DNA of 64,000 nt from positions 5,611 through 69,610 of the forward strand of contig DASPJN010000254.1 in NCBI GenBank assembly GCA_035628595.1, written 5' to 3'. The notes beneath the pieces were generated by a model. The model made no database searches. It was not told the origin of the DNA and saw nothing but the letters and a program-made list of their open reading frames with translations. This stretch comes from Chryseosolibacter sp. (lineage in GTDB: Bacteria; Bacteroidota; Bacteroidia; Cytophagales; Cyclobacteriaceae). Shown here one piece after another: positions 1 through 8,526 of this stretch (its first letter is position 1; every line of letters starts with the position of its first letter). The translations under genes were made by a program, and so were the position numbers.

Positions 1-309
1 CAAAGAATCTTCCAGGTAATGGAGAAGGCAGTGCTGGTGTTCAATAACAAAGTCAAAAAAATCCCGACGTCACAGTTGAATGACAAACTACTGCCTGAAA
101 TTGAACGGTATCCGCCACCAGCGATGAAGGGCAAATTCATCCAGATAAAATATATTACACAGGTTAACGCAAGGTTTCCATCGTTTGCTTTTTTCTGTAA
201 CCTGCCTCAATATATACAGGGTTCTTATGAGCGTTTTCTCGAAAACAGAATCCGCGAAAATTTCGACTTCGAAGGTGTTCCTGTAAGGCTTATTTTCAGA
301 AAAAAGTGA
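1..309 (+). CDS. der: Ribosome-biogenesis GTPase Der/EngA, C-terminal (KH-like) fragment; 5' end lies outside the window
   Basis: Frame 1 is open from nt 1. The tail ...YITQVNARFPSFAFFCNLPQYIQGSYERFLENRIRENFDFEGVPVRLIFRKK resembles the conserved Der C-terminus. Confidence 0.8.
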   Translation, partial: QRIFQVMEKAVLVFNNKVKKIPTSQLNDKLLPEIERYPPPAMKGKFIQIKYITQVNARFPSFAFFCNLPQYIQGSYERFLENRIRENFDFEGVPVRLIFRKK

Positions 310-382
310 AAAAATTCACTTCATATAACCCATCATTAACCAATACTTGTATATTTGGGGCTGAATTAAAAACCTGTAAACT

Positions 383-571
383 ATGAAGAAACTAATCGCA
401 TTGTTAATGGTAAGCGGATTTGCTTTTGCATTTGTAGCTTGTGGCGGTGGTGAGAAGAAGGCTGAAGAAAACACTGAAGCAGTAGAAACTCCTACTGTAA
501 CTCCAGCAGATTCTGCAGCTACTGAAACTGACACTACTGCAACTTCAACAGATACAACTGCTGCACAATAA
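383..571 (+). CDS. Small secreted lipoprotein with Thr/Ala/Glu-rich tail, function unknown
   Basis: Signal peptide plus lipobox (LMVSGFAFAFVAC/GGG), then a low-complexity T/A/E/D tail. Followed directly by a strong hairpin terminator. Confidence 0.6.
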   Translation: MKKLIALLMVSGFAFAFVACGGGEKKAEENTEAVETPTVTPADSAATETDTTATSTDTTAAQ

Positions 572-598
572 TCAGCAAACACTTACTGTTTTCCCGGG

Positions 599-628
599 AA
601 GGCTTTAGATTGCTAAAGCCTTTTTTTA
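599..628 (+). terminator. Rho-independent terminator after the small lipoprotein gene
   Basis: Stem GGCTTTAG (601-608), loop ATTG, stem CTAAAGCC (613-620), followed by a T7 run. Confidence 0.65.
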
Positions 629-638
629 TTGCCCAGGT

Positions 639-1265
639 ATGAACGAGGAGAAGGTTTATCATACGCTGCAACAACACGTTCCGGCCAACGCCGTGGCCTA
701 TTGCTTTGCCCTTTGGAAAAACAACCCATTCGACCTGAAGATCACGAAGTCGCGACAATCCAAAGTGGGTGATTTCACTTCACGGAAGGATATCAAAAGG
801 CCGAAGATCACCCTGAATCACGATCTCAACCCCTATCTTTTTCTAACAACGTATATCCATGAGGTTGCACACCTCCATGTCTTCATTCGATTCGGTAACC
901 GTGTCGATCCGCATGGTGATGAATGGAAGCATGTTTTCAAGCACCTGATGGCACCTGTACTGGCGCGGGATGTTTTTCCGGATGAAATTCTGGGGATTCT
1001 TCACAAGCACATGCGACAACCAAAGGCGAGTTCGTTTGCAGACGCAGACCTGACGCGTGCCTTTCGATTATTTGATCGCAATGCCAGCCAGCACGCCGCG
1101 CTTTCCGATATCCCGGAAGGAAGCGTTTTCAAATTTCAGCAACGATATTTTCAAAAAGGAAAATTAAAGCGAACGCGTGTCTTGTGTAAAGACATGCAGT
1201 CGAAAAGAAATTATCTCATCCCTGCCGAGGTACTGGTGACGGATGTGCAGTGGAGCATTCTTTAG
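639..1265 (+). CDS. SprT-like zinc metalloprotease-family protein
   Basis: HExxH motif in YIHEVAHLHVFIRFGNRVDPHGDEWKHVF, typical of the SprT-like domain. This is the E. coli SprT type, not the T9SS SprT/PorT. Confidence 0.7.
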   Translation: MNEEKVYHTLQQHVPANAVAYCFALWKNNPFDLKITKSRQSKVGDFTSRKDIKRPKITLNHDLNPYLFLTTYIHEVAHLHVFIRFGNRVDPHGDEWKHVFKHLMAPVLARDVFPDEILGILHKHMRQPKASSFADADLTRAFRLFDRNASQHAALSDIPEGSVFKFQQRYFQKGKLKRTRVLCKDMQSKRNYLIPAEVLVTDVQWSIL

Positions 1266-1828
1266 CCGAGTCGGCGCTGGATCAGTTTGGTGATGAGATC
1301 GAAAAATACTGTAGGCTGAAGTGTTCTCCATTTATCAATCTCCAGTGTTCCTCCCATGTTGATGTAACTGTCAACATTAAACTTACGGAACTCTTCCTGA
1401 ACAAACGTGGGAAATGACACAGCTGCGATCCAGCCATCTTCAATTTCCTCGAACCACTCTTCATAATAGCAATCATCTGATCCGTGGAAGTTCAGAATGT
1501 TTTCACCGATCAGTATAAACTTGTTGACCCCTTCACGAATGAAATGTTCAATGATGTTTCTTTTTAGTGTCATGATGTCGTTGTTGATGGCATCATTCCA
1601 TTCACCAATAAATTCGAGTATTGTAAAGCCAGCCTCGTAATCGGTATAAAGAATTTTGAGATAGAGCGTCTCCGATCCGATGTTATCCCATGCGGGATCG
1701 ATGTAGTATCCGTAAATAGTTTCTGAATATTGATCGAAGTTGTATTCTTTTCCGAAAAATGGAGAACGCTCATCCGTTGATGAGTCGTAATATTTTAGCC
1801 AGTTATAGTATGGTTCAATCTGATGCAT
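1262..1828 (-). CDS. Conserved hypothetical protein, acidic, possibly STAS-like fold; last gene of the murK-like/murQ operon
   Basis: Start moved to Met14 (MHQIEPYYNW...) at 1828 so that it overlaps the murQ stop by only 14 nt. No catalytic motif recognised. The segment ILEFIGEWNDAINNDIMTLKRNIIEHFIREGVNKFILIGENILNFHGSDD loosely resembles STAS-domain patterns. Confidence 0.55.
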   Translation of the reverse strand: MHQIEPYYNWLKYYDSSTDERSPFFGKEYNFDQYSETIYGYYIDPAWDNIGSETLYLKILYTDYEAGFTILEFIGEWNDAINNDIMTLKRNIIEHFIREGVNKFILIGENILNFHGSDDCYYEEWFEEIEDGWIAAVSFPTFVQEEFRKFNVDSYINMGGTLEIDKWRTLQPTVFFDLITKLIQRRLG

Positions 1829-2630
1829 TTCGCTTTCGGCTTTCGACAGCCTTTCGCACAGAACCAAATTGTGAAAGTAATCGTTCGGCCTCTTCTTCGG
1901 TGACCGACAGTTCTTCCATGATCATCCTTCTTCCGCGAATAATCAGCTTTTTGTTTGTAAGCTGCATATCGACCATCTTATTTCCTTTTACGCGACCAAG
2001 CTTGATCATTGTTGTGGTTGAGATCATGTTAAGCACAAGCTTCTGCGCAGTGCCGGCTTTCATACGTGTGCTGCCTGTCACGAATTCTGGTCCAACAATC
2101 ACTTCGATCGGATGATCCGAATTGCGTGCTACCTCGGAGCCGGCGTTACACGTAATGCTGCCGGTAATTATGTTGTTTTCGCGTGCGGCTTTCAATCCCC
2201 CAATGACATACGGTGTTCTTCCGGAAGCTGCAATTCCGATCAACACATCCTTGGTGTTGATGTGATGAACAAGGAGATCTTTCCACGCTTGTTCAAAATC
2301 ATCTTCAGCATTTTCAACGGCTACGCGGATGGCTTGATCGCCTCCAGCAATTAAACCTATGACACGACCCTGAGGCATTCCGTACGTAGGTGGAATTTCC
2401 GACGCGTCAAGGATGCCGATCCTGCCACTCGTGCCCGCACCTATATAGAATAATCGTCCGCCGGCTTTCATTTTTTCAACAATGACTTTTACCAGCGACT
2501 CAATTGCAGGGATTACTTTTTCAATGGCCAACGGTACTGACTGATCCTCCCTGTTAATGTTAGCGAGCAGTTCGTGCACGCTCATTTTTTCCAGGTCTTG
2601 ATAATTTGAAGAAGATTCCGTTGTCGACAT
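1815..2630 (-). CDS. murQ: N-acetylmuramic acid 6-phosphate etherase
   Basis: SIS-domain protein with GRLFYIGAGTSGRIGILDASEIPPTYG and GSTRMKAGTAQK, characteristic of MurQ. Its ATG overlaps the upstream gene's stop (TGATG). Confidence 0.9.
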   Translation of the reverse strand: MSTTESSSNYQDLEKMSVHELLANINREDQSVPLAIEKVIPAIESLVKVIVEKMKAGGRLFYIGAGTSGRIGILDASEIPPTYGMPQGRVIGLIAGGDQAIRVAVENAEDDFEQAWKDLLVHHINTKDVLIGIAASGRTPYVIGGLKAARENNIITGSITCNAGSEVARNSDHPIEVIVGPEFVTGSTRMKAGTAQKLVLNMISTTTMIKLGRVKGNKMVDMQLTNKKLIIRGRRMIMEELSVTEEEAERLLSQFGSVRKAVESRKRNASD

Positions 2631-3484
2631 CAGTTACCCGTTTTGTTTGCGTGATAGAGTGTTAAGCCTGCAATCGGGCCTTCAAGTATATTTTTAACCG
2701 TGATTCCTTTGTCATTCGCAACCTGACGCAGGATGTTACTGAAGTAAAAGGCAACCGATCCTGTAAAGTGCACCTTCAGTTTTTGATAGTCAGGGTACTT
2801 CATCACATTGTTTTCATAAAATACGCTGAATCTTTCATAAACAAGCTTGTAACAATATTGTTCTTTGAGATGTTGAAAGATGAATTTCGTAAAGCTGCCG
2901 AGAAACGCGCTCGGTCTTTCCTGCTGATAGATCTTTTCAAGAAATTCTTCACGCGAGAAAGGAAAACGCGCTTTGAATTGATCAGCAAGTGACTGGGGCA
3001 TTTTTTCGCGGAGGTAGTCAATAAGAAAATGTTTACCGATATCAGCGCCAGATCCTTCATCCGCCAGGATCCATCCAAGGTTAGCAATGTTACCAGTGAT
3101 TTTTCCTCCGTCGTATAAACAGGAGTTGGATCCTGTCCCAAGGATACAAGCAATGCCAGGCTCCCGATTACATAACGCCCGTGCGGCTGCGAGGAGATCC
3201 CATCCGATTTCAACCGAAGCGTTTGGAAAAAATTCGGTGAAGGTATTTTTTACAGTGAGCTGATTTTTTTCAGAAGAAACACCGGCGCCATAGAAAAAAA
3301 CATTTTGTGTAGCTCCTTTATTCTGCTCTATCGAAGGTAGTATTGAAGTAATGCTTTTGCGTAGATCGTCTGCCGGTTGATAGTACGGGTTGAAACCTGC
3401 AGAGTTCGCCTGCCCGATCGTTCCATCTGCATAAAGAAACCTCCAGTCGATTTTTGATCCGCCACTATCTGCAACAATTATCAT
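2630..3484 (-). CDS. BadF/BadG/BcrA/BcrD-type sugar kinase (GlcNAc/MurNAc kinase-like, MurK-like)
   Basis: ASKHA-fold N-terminus MIIVADSGGSKIDWR and GILGTGSNS motif. About 284 aa and translationally coupled to murQ, as with the MurNAc kinase MurK of Tannerella. Confidence 0.75.
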   Translation of the reverse strand: MIIVADSGGSKIDWRFLYADGTIGQANSAGFNPYYQPADDLRKSITSILPSIEQNKGATQNVFFYGAGVSSEKNQLTVKNTFTEFFPNASVEIGWDLLAAARALCNREPGIACILGTGSNSCLYDGGKITGNIANLGWILADEGSGADIGKHFLIDYLREKMPQSLADQFKARFPFSREEFLEKIYQQERPSAFLGSFTKFIFQHLKEQYCYKLVYERFSVFYENNVMKYPDYQKLKVHFTGSVAFYFSNILRQVANDKGITVKNILEGPIAGLTLYHANKTGN

Positions 3485-3511
3485 AATTCTATTTAGTTAA
3501 TAAATGACGTG

Positions 3512-3754
3512 CTAAGCAAGCCTTCCAATCGCTTTGAATTTATCAAACACGTTTGCTGTGTGCGGCGCGTCGGCCAGTTCTCCTGTAAGGTCCTGGCCGG
3601 CCCAATGCTCGTAGTGCTTTCCATTACGCCAGAGACGGGACGCTGTCACATCGTACACAAGATTATTAAGTGCAATCCAAATCTCTGGCTTATCCTGTCC
3701 GTTGCGTAGCGCCAGTTGTGCTTTCGTAATAAGCGGCAAGTTCTCTGTGCTCAA
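3512..3754 (-). CDS. Small cytochrome b5-like heme/steroid-binding domain protein (COG4892-like)
   Basis: 80 aa. The segment VYDVTASRLWRNGKHYEHWAGQDLTGELADAPH matches the pattern of the short bacterial 'predicted heme/steroid binding' proteins. Its start overlaps the RDD gene's stop by 4 nt. Confidence 0.55.
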   Translation of the reverse strand: MSTENLPLITKAQLALRNGQDKPEIWIALNNLVYDVTASRLWRNGKHYEHWAGQDLTGELADAPHTANVFDKFKAIGRLA

Positions 3755-4446
3755 AGTGCGTTCAGGTGATTGTAGTCTTTAACGATCGTGTATAGAAATT
3801 GCGTGGGTGGTAATGCTGTCTGTACACCAAGTAATGTTTTAATTTTTTCAGTAACCAGCATCACAGGTTCGTTATTACCAAAATCGCGTGCTGCTTCCAA
3901 TGCGCGTTGAATGAGTTCGATATCTTGTGCGTTGAGTTGTGTGGCCTGTGGGAATGTTGGCGTATAAGTTTGTTCAGGCGTAATAAAAACTTCCTGTGCC
4001 GTAATTTCTTTCTGAGCAATCATTTTCACGACGGTTGTTCCGGCAACAATATCACCAAGTCGTTGACCTTTACCATTGATGGCAATGATTAAAACGGCAA
4101 CGGCGCCGCGCTCGATTAGCCCCAGTAGCCATCGTAGGAAAAAGTCTGCAAAGCCTGGTTCTGTTCCATCCATCCGGACAACCTGAATATTCATCGCGCG
4201 TTTTCCCGGGCTCTGACCATTCATAAATATCTCGAACAGCAGATGGTACAAAGCAAGTGGAATTAGAATAAGCGCAAAATAAACCCACCCCGGGACATCG
4301 ATGTTGACTAGGGCGATAATTAGAATAACAACGTAAGCGGTCAGAATTAACGAGTCGACCAGGTATGCGAGTATTCTATCACCAAGGCTTGCGACAGGAT
4401 GATGAATAAAAACGTTTTGTGTTGTCCGTACACTAATTGTTTGCAT
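3751..4446 (-). CDS. RDD family membrane protein
   Basis: N-terminal RILAYLVDSLIL and GQSPGKR...RLGD pattern with 3 TM helices, typical of the RDD domain, followed by a soluble C-terminal extension. Confidence 0.8.
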   Translation of the reverse strand: MQTISVRTTQNVFIHHPVASLGDRILAYLVDSLILTAYVVILIIALVNIDVPGWVYFALILIPLALYHLLFEIFMNGQSPGKRAMNIQVVRMDGTEPGFADFFLRWLLGLIERGAVAVLIIAINGKGQRLGDIVAGTTVVKMIAQKEITAQEVFITPEQTYTPTFPQATQLNAQDIELIQRALEAARDFGNNEPVMLVTEKIKTLLGVQTALPPTQFLYTIVKDYNHLNAL

Positions 4447-4505
4447 CGGCTCGAAAATTCAATATCTTTTCCAAAATTAAAGACATTAGCTTACAATTCT
4501 TGTGT

Positions 4506-5756
4506 ATGAAATTTAAATTTCTTTTTTACGCTGCGATAGCAATCTTCGCGACCAGCTGTGGAACAGCGGAGCAATCCAAAAGCGATTACGCGTCATTGAG
4601 TGACGAAGAACGTCAGGTAGTTGCTGACTCATTGGCGGAAGTTTTCATCATCACGGACGGGCATGTGGATTTACCTTATCGGCTTAGAATAAAAAATTTC
4701 AGACTCGATCGCGAATATCTCGGCATACCGATTAAATCTGTTGAAGGCGATTTTGATTACGTAAGAGCAAAAGCGGGCGGACTGGATGCGCCGTTCATGT
4801 CGATCTACATCCCTTCCATCCAACAGAAATCTCCAGATAAGGGTAAAGCATTGGCCGATTCGCTCATCAATATGATTGAAGGCATCGCGAAGGCACACCC
4901 TGATAAGTTTGCGTTGGCGCGAACACCGGCTGATATTATCGCGAGTAGTGAAGCGGGAAAAATATCATTACCAATGGGAATGGAAAACGGGGCACCAATT
5001 GGCGACGATCTGGCGAACGTTACGTACTTCTTTGATCGTGGTATTCGCTATATCACACTTACGCATTCAAAAGATAATCAAATCTGTGACTCATCTTACG
5101 ATACAACGCGCACCTGGAATGGATTGAGCCCATTCGGCGAAAGCGTAGTAAAAGAAATGAACCGGCTGGGGATAATGGTTGACATCTCGCATGTTTCGGA
5201 TAGCACTTTTTACGATGTCCTTAAAGTTACGCCGGTGCCGGTGATCGCATCACACTCGTCGTGTCGTTATTTCACTCCCGGATTTCAGCGCAACATGAGT
5301 GACGAGATGTTGAAAGCACTCGCAAAAAATGACGGTGTAATTCAAATTAACTTCGGTGCTGATTTTATCGATTCCGTTGCACGTGTTAATACACGTCTTC
5401 GTGATTCGCTCGAAATTTTGCTTGCGTCGAAAAATCTTACATCGCGCGATGAGGCCGCACGACCTATTATTGAACAGTTCGGAAAAACCCATAAAGAACT
5501 TTTCAGTGATGTTGAGCGGGTTGCAGATCACATTGACCACGTAGTAAAAGTTGCCGGAATTGATCACGTGGGTATCGGTTCAGATTATGACGGCGTCGGC
5601 GACAGTCTACCGCTCGGATTAAAAGATGTCTCAGCTTATCCGAACCTGATATCCGTACTGCTACGGAGGGGTTATACTCCGGAAGAGATCGAAAAGATTT
5701 GTTCAAAAAATGTTTTTCGTGTTTGGAATGCGGTGATCGCGGCAGCAGAAAAATAA
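4506..5756 (+). CDS. Membrane dipeptidase (peptidase family M19), lipoprotein
   Basis: DGHVDLPYR, ITLTHSKDNQICDS, DISHVSDSTF, ASHSSCR and GIGSDYDG motifs. Start chosen at MKFKFLFYAAIAIFATSCG (signal peptide/lipobox) rather than the tracked upstream Met. Confidence 0.85.
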   Translation: MKFKFLFYAAIAIFATSCGTAEQSKSDYASLSDEERQVVADSLAEVFIITDGHVDLPYRLRIKNFRLDREYLGIPIKSVEGDFDYVRAKAGGLDAPFMSIYIPSIQQKSPDKGKALADSLINMIEGIAKAHPDKFALARTPADIIASSEAGKISLPMGMENGAPIGDDLANVTYFFDRGIRYITLTHSKDNQICDSSYDTTRTWNGLSPFGESVVKEMNRLGIMVDISHVSDSTFYDVLKVTPVPVIASHSSCRYFTPGFQRNMSDEMLKALAKNDGVIQINFGADFIDSVARVNTRLRDSLEILLASKNLTSRDEAARPIIEQFGKTHKELFSDVERVADHIDHVVKVAGIDHVGIGSDYDGVGDSLPLGLKDVSAYPNLISVLLRRGYTPEEIEKICSKNVFRVWNAVIAAAEK

Positions 5757-5791
5757 TCCGTACCTTTCATTTTCTTTAGTCGCGTGGGTGT

Positions 5792-6751
5792 ATGAAAGAA
5801 GCTGCATTCATCAAACAAAATAAACCTCGTTGGGAGGAATTTGAAAAGCTTGTTAAAAATTCAGGACAAGCAGAGCCGGACAAGTTAGCTGAGCTGTTCA
5901 TTCAGATTACGGATGATCTTTCTTTTGCACGAACGAAATATCCCGACAGCCGCACCACGAATTATCTCAATGCCTTAGCAGGAAAAATCCATCTTAATAT
6001 TTATAAGAATAAGCGCGAAGATAAAAACCGGTTTATTACTTTCTGGAAATATGAAGTGCCGAAAGCGATGTTTGAAGCACGGAAACAGTTGCTTTATTCA
6101 TTCCTGATCTTCATCATCGGCGTCATCATGGGCCTGGTATCAAGTTTCAACGATGACACTTTTGTAAGACTTATCCTCAGCGACGGTTATGTAAACATGA
6201 CCCTGGAAAACATCAAACAGGGTAAACCAACCGGCGTTTACGGTACCATGGATGAGGCAAACATGTTCTTCTACATAACGTGGAATAATATCATGGTTTC
6301 ATTTTATGTATTCGTTTACGGTATCATGACCTCCGTCGGAACAGGTTTCTACCTTATGCAAAATGCGATCATGGTAGGAAGCTTTCTCGGGTTCTTTTCA
6401 ACTGAGAATCTGTTGAGTCATGCTTTTCCTGTCATCATGTTGCACGGTACCATTGAACTTTCCGCAATCGTAATTGCCGGTGCAGCTGGATTCACACTTG
6501 GAAATGGACTCATTTTTCCGGGCACATATTCAAGACTGGACTCATTAAAGATCGGCGCAAAACGCGGATTGAAAATTATGGTTGGCCTTGTTCCTTTTTT
6601 TGTAATGGCCGGTTTTATCGAGTCAGTAATCACACGATACGAGTTTATGCATTGGATTTTCAAAAGCGCCATAATCCTTGCATCAGCTTATCTCATCATC
6701 TATTATTTTGTAATTTACCCGACCCTACTAAAGAAAAATGGACAATTTTAA
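5792..6751 (+). CDS. Stage II sporulation protein M-like (DUF95) integral membrane protein
   Basis: MLHGTIELSAIVIAGAAGF motif and about 6 TM helices after a roughly 95-aa cytoplasmic N-domain. First gene of the coupled operon. Confidence 0.75.
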   Translation: MKEAAFIKQNKPRWEEFEKLVKNSGQAEPDKLAELFIQITDDLSFARTKYPDSRTTNYLNALAGKIHLNIYKNKREDKNRFITFWKYEVPKAMFEARKQLLYSFLIFIIGVIMGLVSSFNDDTFVRLILSDGYVNMTLENIKQGKPTGVYGTMDEANMFFYITWNNIMVSFYVFVYGIMTSVGTGFYLMQNAIMVGSFLGFFSTENLLSHAFPVIMLHGTIELSAIVIAGAAGFTLGNGLIFPGTYSRLDSLKIGAKRGLKIMVGLVPFFVMAGFIESVITRYEFMHWIFKSAIILASAYLIIYYFVIYPTLLKKNGQF

Positions 6752-7724
6752 CTTCATCAACTTTCATCAGACACGCGATTTCAGCAAGAAGATGAATGTG
6801 ACGATCGAGTTCGTCAAACAGAATTTCAAACCGCTTTCAAAGTCGATTCTCGTTATTGCGGGGCCACCGATCTTAGTTGCGAGTTTGTTCATGGGCACTT
6901 TCATCGGCGACATGTTCAGCTTCAGTGCACTGGGCGCGCAGGGGGATGTTGACTCATTACAGGATAAATTTCTTTCGGCGCAATTCTGGATGCAGATTGG
7001 TGTCATGATGATCTTCTTTTTAATCAGCGGGGTAACCGCGATAGCAACCGTTAACAATTACCTGGTTCTCTACGAGGAGAAGAGATCAAATAAAATCGAA
7101 GTACATGAAGTATGGGAACGTGTTCGCCAAACTTTCTGGATGAATTTCAGAACGATGATCCTTTTCGGGTTGCTGGCCCTCGTGTCATATTTTATTCTCG
7201 CAGTTCCGATGTTTGTACTCGCTGCAATTTCGCCGTGGTTGATCTTTTTCGGATTCATCATCATGTTCTGTGGAATTTTTTATGTGTTCGTTGGCGCCTC
7301 GTTTGTGTTCATCATTCGTGCCTATGAAAAGATCGGATTCTTTGATGCTTTGCTTCGATCTTTCAAACTCATTCAGGGTAAATGGTGGAGCACATTTGGG
7401 CTGTTGTTCATCTTGTCGATGGTTGTTGGAATGGTTTCGTACGCAATCATAATGCCGTGGTATGTTGTTACCCTTACCAACACGATCCATGATGTTTCAT
7501 CCGGTTCGGTACCACAGCAAAGTGGTACATACCAGGTGATGACTACAATTGTTTTTTCCCTTTACTACCTTGTTCAAATGGTCCTTTATGCGTTTCCAAA
7601 TATTGGACTTGCATTTCAATACTTTAATCTCGTTGAGCGCCGCGAATCACGGGGCCTGATGAATCAAATCAGCACGATGGGTCAGGCTACGTCTTCCGCG
7701 GCCCAAACAGAAGAGCAATATTGA
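6738..7724 (+). CDS. Polytopic membrane protein, family uncertain (GPDPase-membrane/YciC-like topology)
   Basis: 6-7 hydrophobic helices with a Q/S/T-rich tail. The ATG overlaps the upstream stop by 14 nt. Confidence 0.6.
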   Translation: MDNFNFINFHQTRDFSKKMNVTIEFVKQNFKPLSKSILVIAGPPILVASLFMGTFIGDMFSFSALGAQGDVDSLQDKFLSAQFWMQIGVMMIFFLISGVTAIATVNNYLVLYEEKRSNKIEVHEVWERVRQTFWMNFRTMILFGLLALVSYFILAVPMFVLAAISPWLIFFGFIIMFCGIFYVFVGASFVFIIRAYEKIGFFDALLRSFKLIQGKWWSTFGLLFILSMVVGMVSYAIIMPWYVVTLTNTIHDVSSGSVPQQSGTYQVMTTIVFSLYYLVQMVLYAFPNIGLAFQYFNLVERRESRGLMNQISTMGQATSSAAQTEEQY

Positions 7725-7728
7725 TTCC

Positions 7729-8526
7729 GTGAGGCTGTCGAGTCTTTTATTTGTATTCTTTGCCTTAGCTTTTCCTTGTTTTTCGCAGGAAAGCGAAGCA
7801 TCACATGATTCAGCTAATTTCAGCGGTGAGCTAATCGCAGACAGTGTAATAGGTGAGGGATCGGAAGCACCTGTTGATCTCTATGTAAACTATACCGCAC
7901 TGCCGGATTCGTCAGAGGTCGAAGCAAAGAGCTTTGACGCGGATCTGCTTGAAAAGCTAAAGCGCGACCCTGACATGCGTTACAAACAACCGCCGTCGGT
8001 TGGTGAGAGCTTATGGGAAAGAATATTGCGGTGGATCATTGAGTTTATCCTAAGAATTCTTGACGGAGCGATGAACACGAGCTGGGGAAATGTGATCGTG
8101 TACGCGCTTGGCGTTGCATTGATGGTTGTTATTATCATGATGTTACTGAAAGTGAATGCCTTTAGAATTTTATACAACGCCCAGGGTGTTTCGCACCGTG
8201 GTGGCATTGAAGAAAATATTCATGAAATGAATTTTGACAAGCTCATCGATGAGGCTGTTGCACAGAACGATTATCGTCGCGGAGTGAGACTGCTATTTTT
8301 GTATGCGCTTAAAATGCTTTCAGATAGACACCTTATCAGATGGGAATCCGGGAAGACGAATCACGAATATGTAAGCGAATTACAAACACAGGACTTGAAA
8401 TCCGGGTTAAACGAACTGAGCTTCTATTTTGATTACGCGTGGTACGGCAACTTTGATATCACATCAGAGACCTATCACAAAGCCGCGCTTATTTTTAGTG
8501 TCTGGAAAGAAAAAATCAGGTCGTGA
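7729..8526 (+). CDS. DUF4129 domain-containing membrane protein
   Basis: GTG start 4 nt after the previous stop, immediately encoding a signal peptide (MRLSSLLFVFFALAFPCFSQ). Central TM helix. C-terminal TNHEYVSEL...FYFDYAWYGNF resembles DUF4129. Confidence 0.7.
   Translation: MRLSSLLFVFFALAFPCFSQESEASHDSANFSGELIADSVIGEGSEAPVDLYVNYTALPDSSEVEAKSFDADLLEKLKRDPDMRYKQPPSVGESLWERILRWIIEFILRILDGAMNTSWGNVIVYALGVALMVVIIMMLLKVNAFRILYNAQGVSHRGGIEENIHEMNFDKLIDEAVAQNDYRRGVRLLFLYALKMLSDRHLIRWESGKTNHEYVSELQTQDLKSGLNELSFYFDYAWYGNFDITSETYHKAALIFSVWKEKIRS

Noticed and set aside
316-582. 88-aa minus-strand ORF opposite the small lipoprotein gene.
   Set aside because: The plus-strand ORF has a signal peptide, a lipobox and its own terminator. 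The minus-strand frame is a low-complexity mirror (A/V/S-rich) of the T/A/E repeat.
639-1265. 'SprT' might be read as the T9SS/gliding component SprT (PorT), linking it to the gld genes.
   Set aside because: The HEVAHL motif places it in the SprT-like zinc metalloprotease family, which is unrelated to the PorT/SprT outer-membrane protein. It also lies 59 kb from the gld genes.
4437-4505. Upstream-extended starts given by the ORF track. Affected ORFs: 4437, 16352, 23228, 24132, 30088, 37110, 39760, 42820, 47267, 48256 and 54131.
   Set aside because: In each case an internal Met yields a canonical N-terminus (signal peptide, lipobox or conserved family start). It also removes an implausible overlap with a neighbouring gene or terminator.
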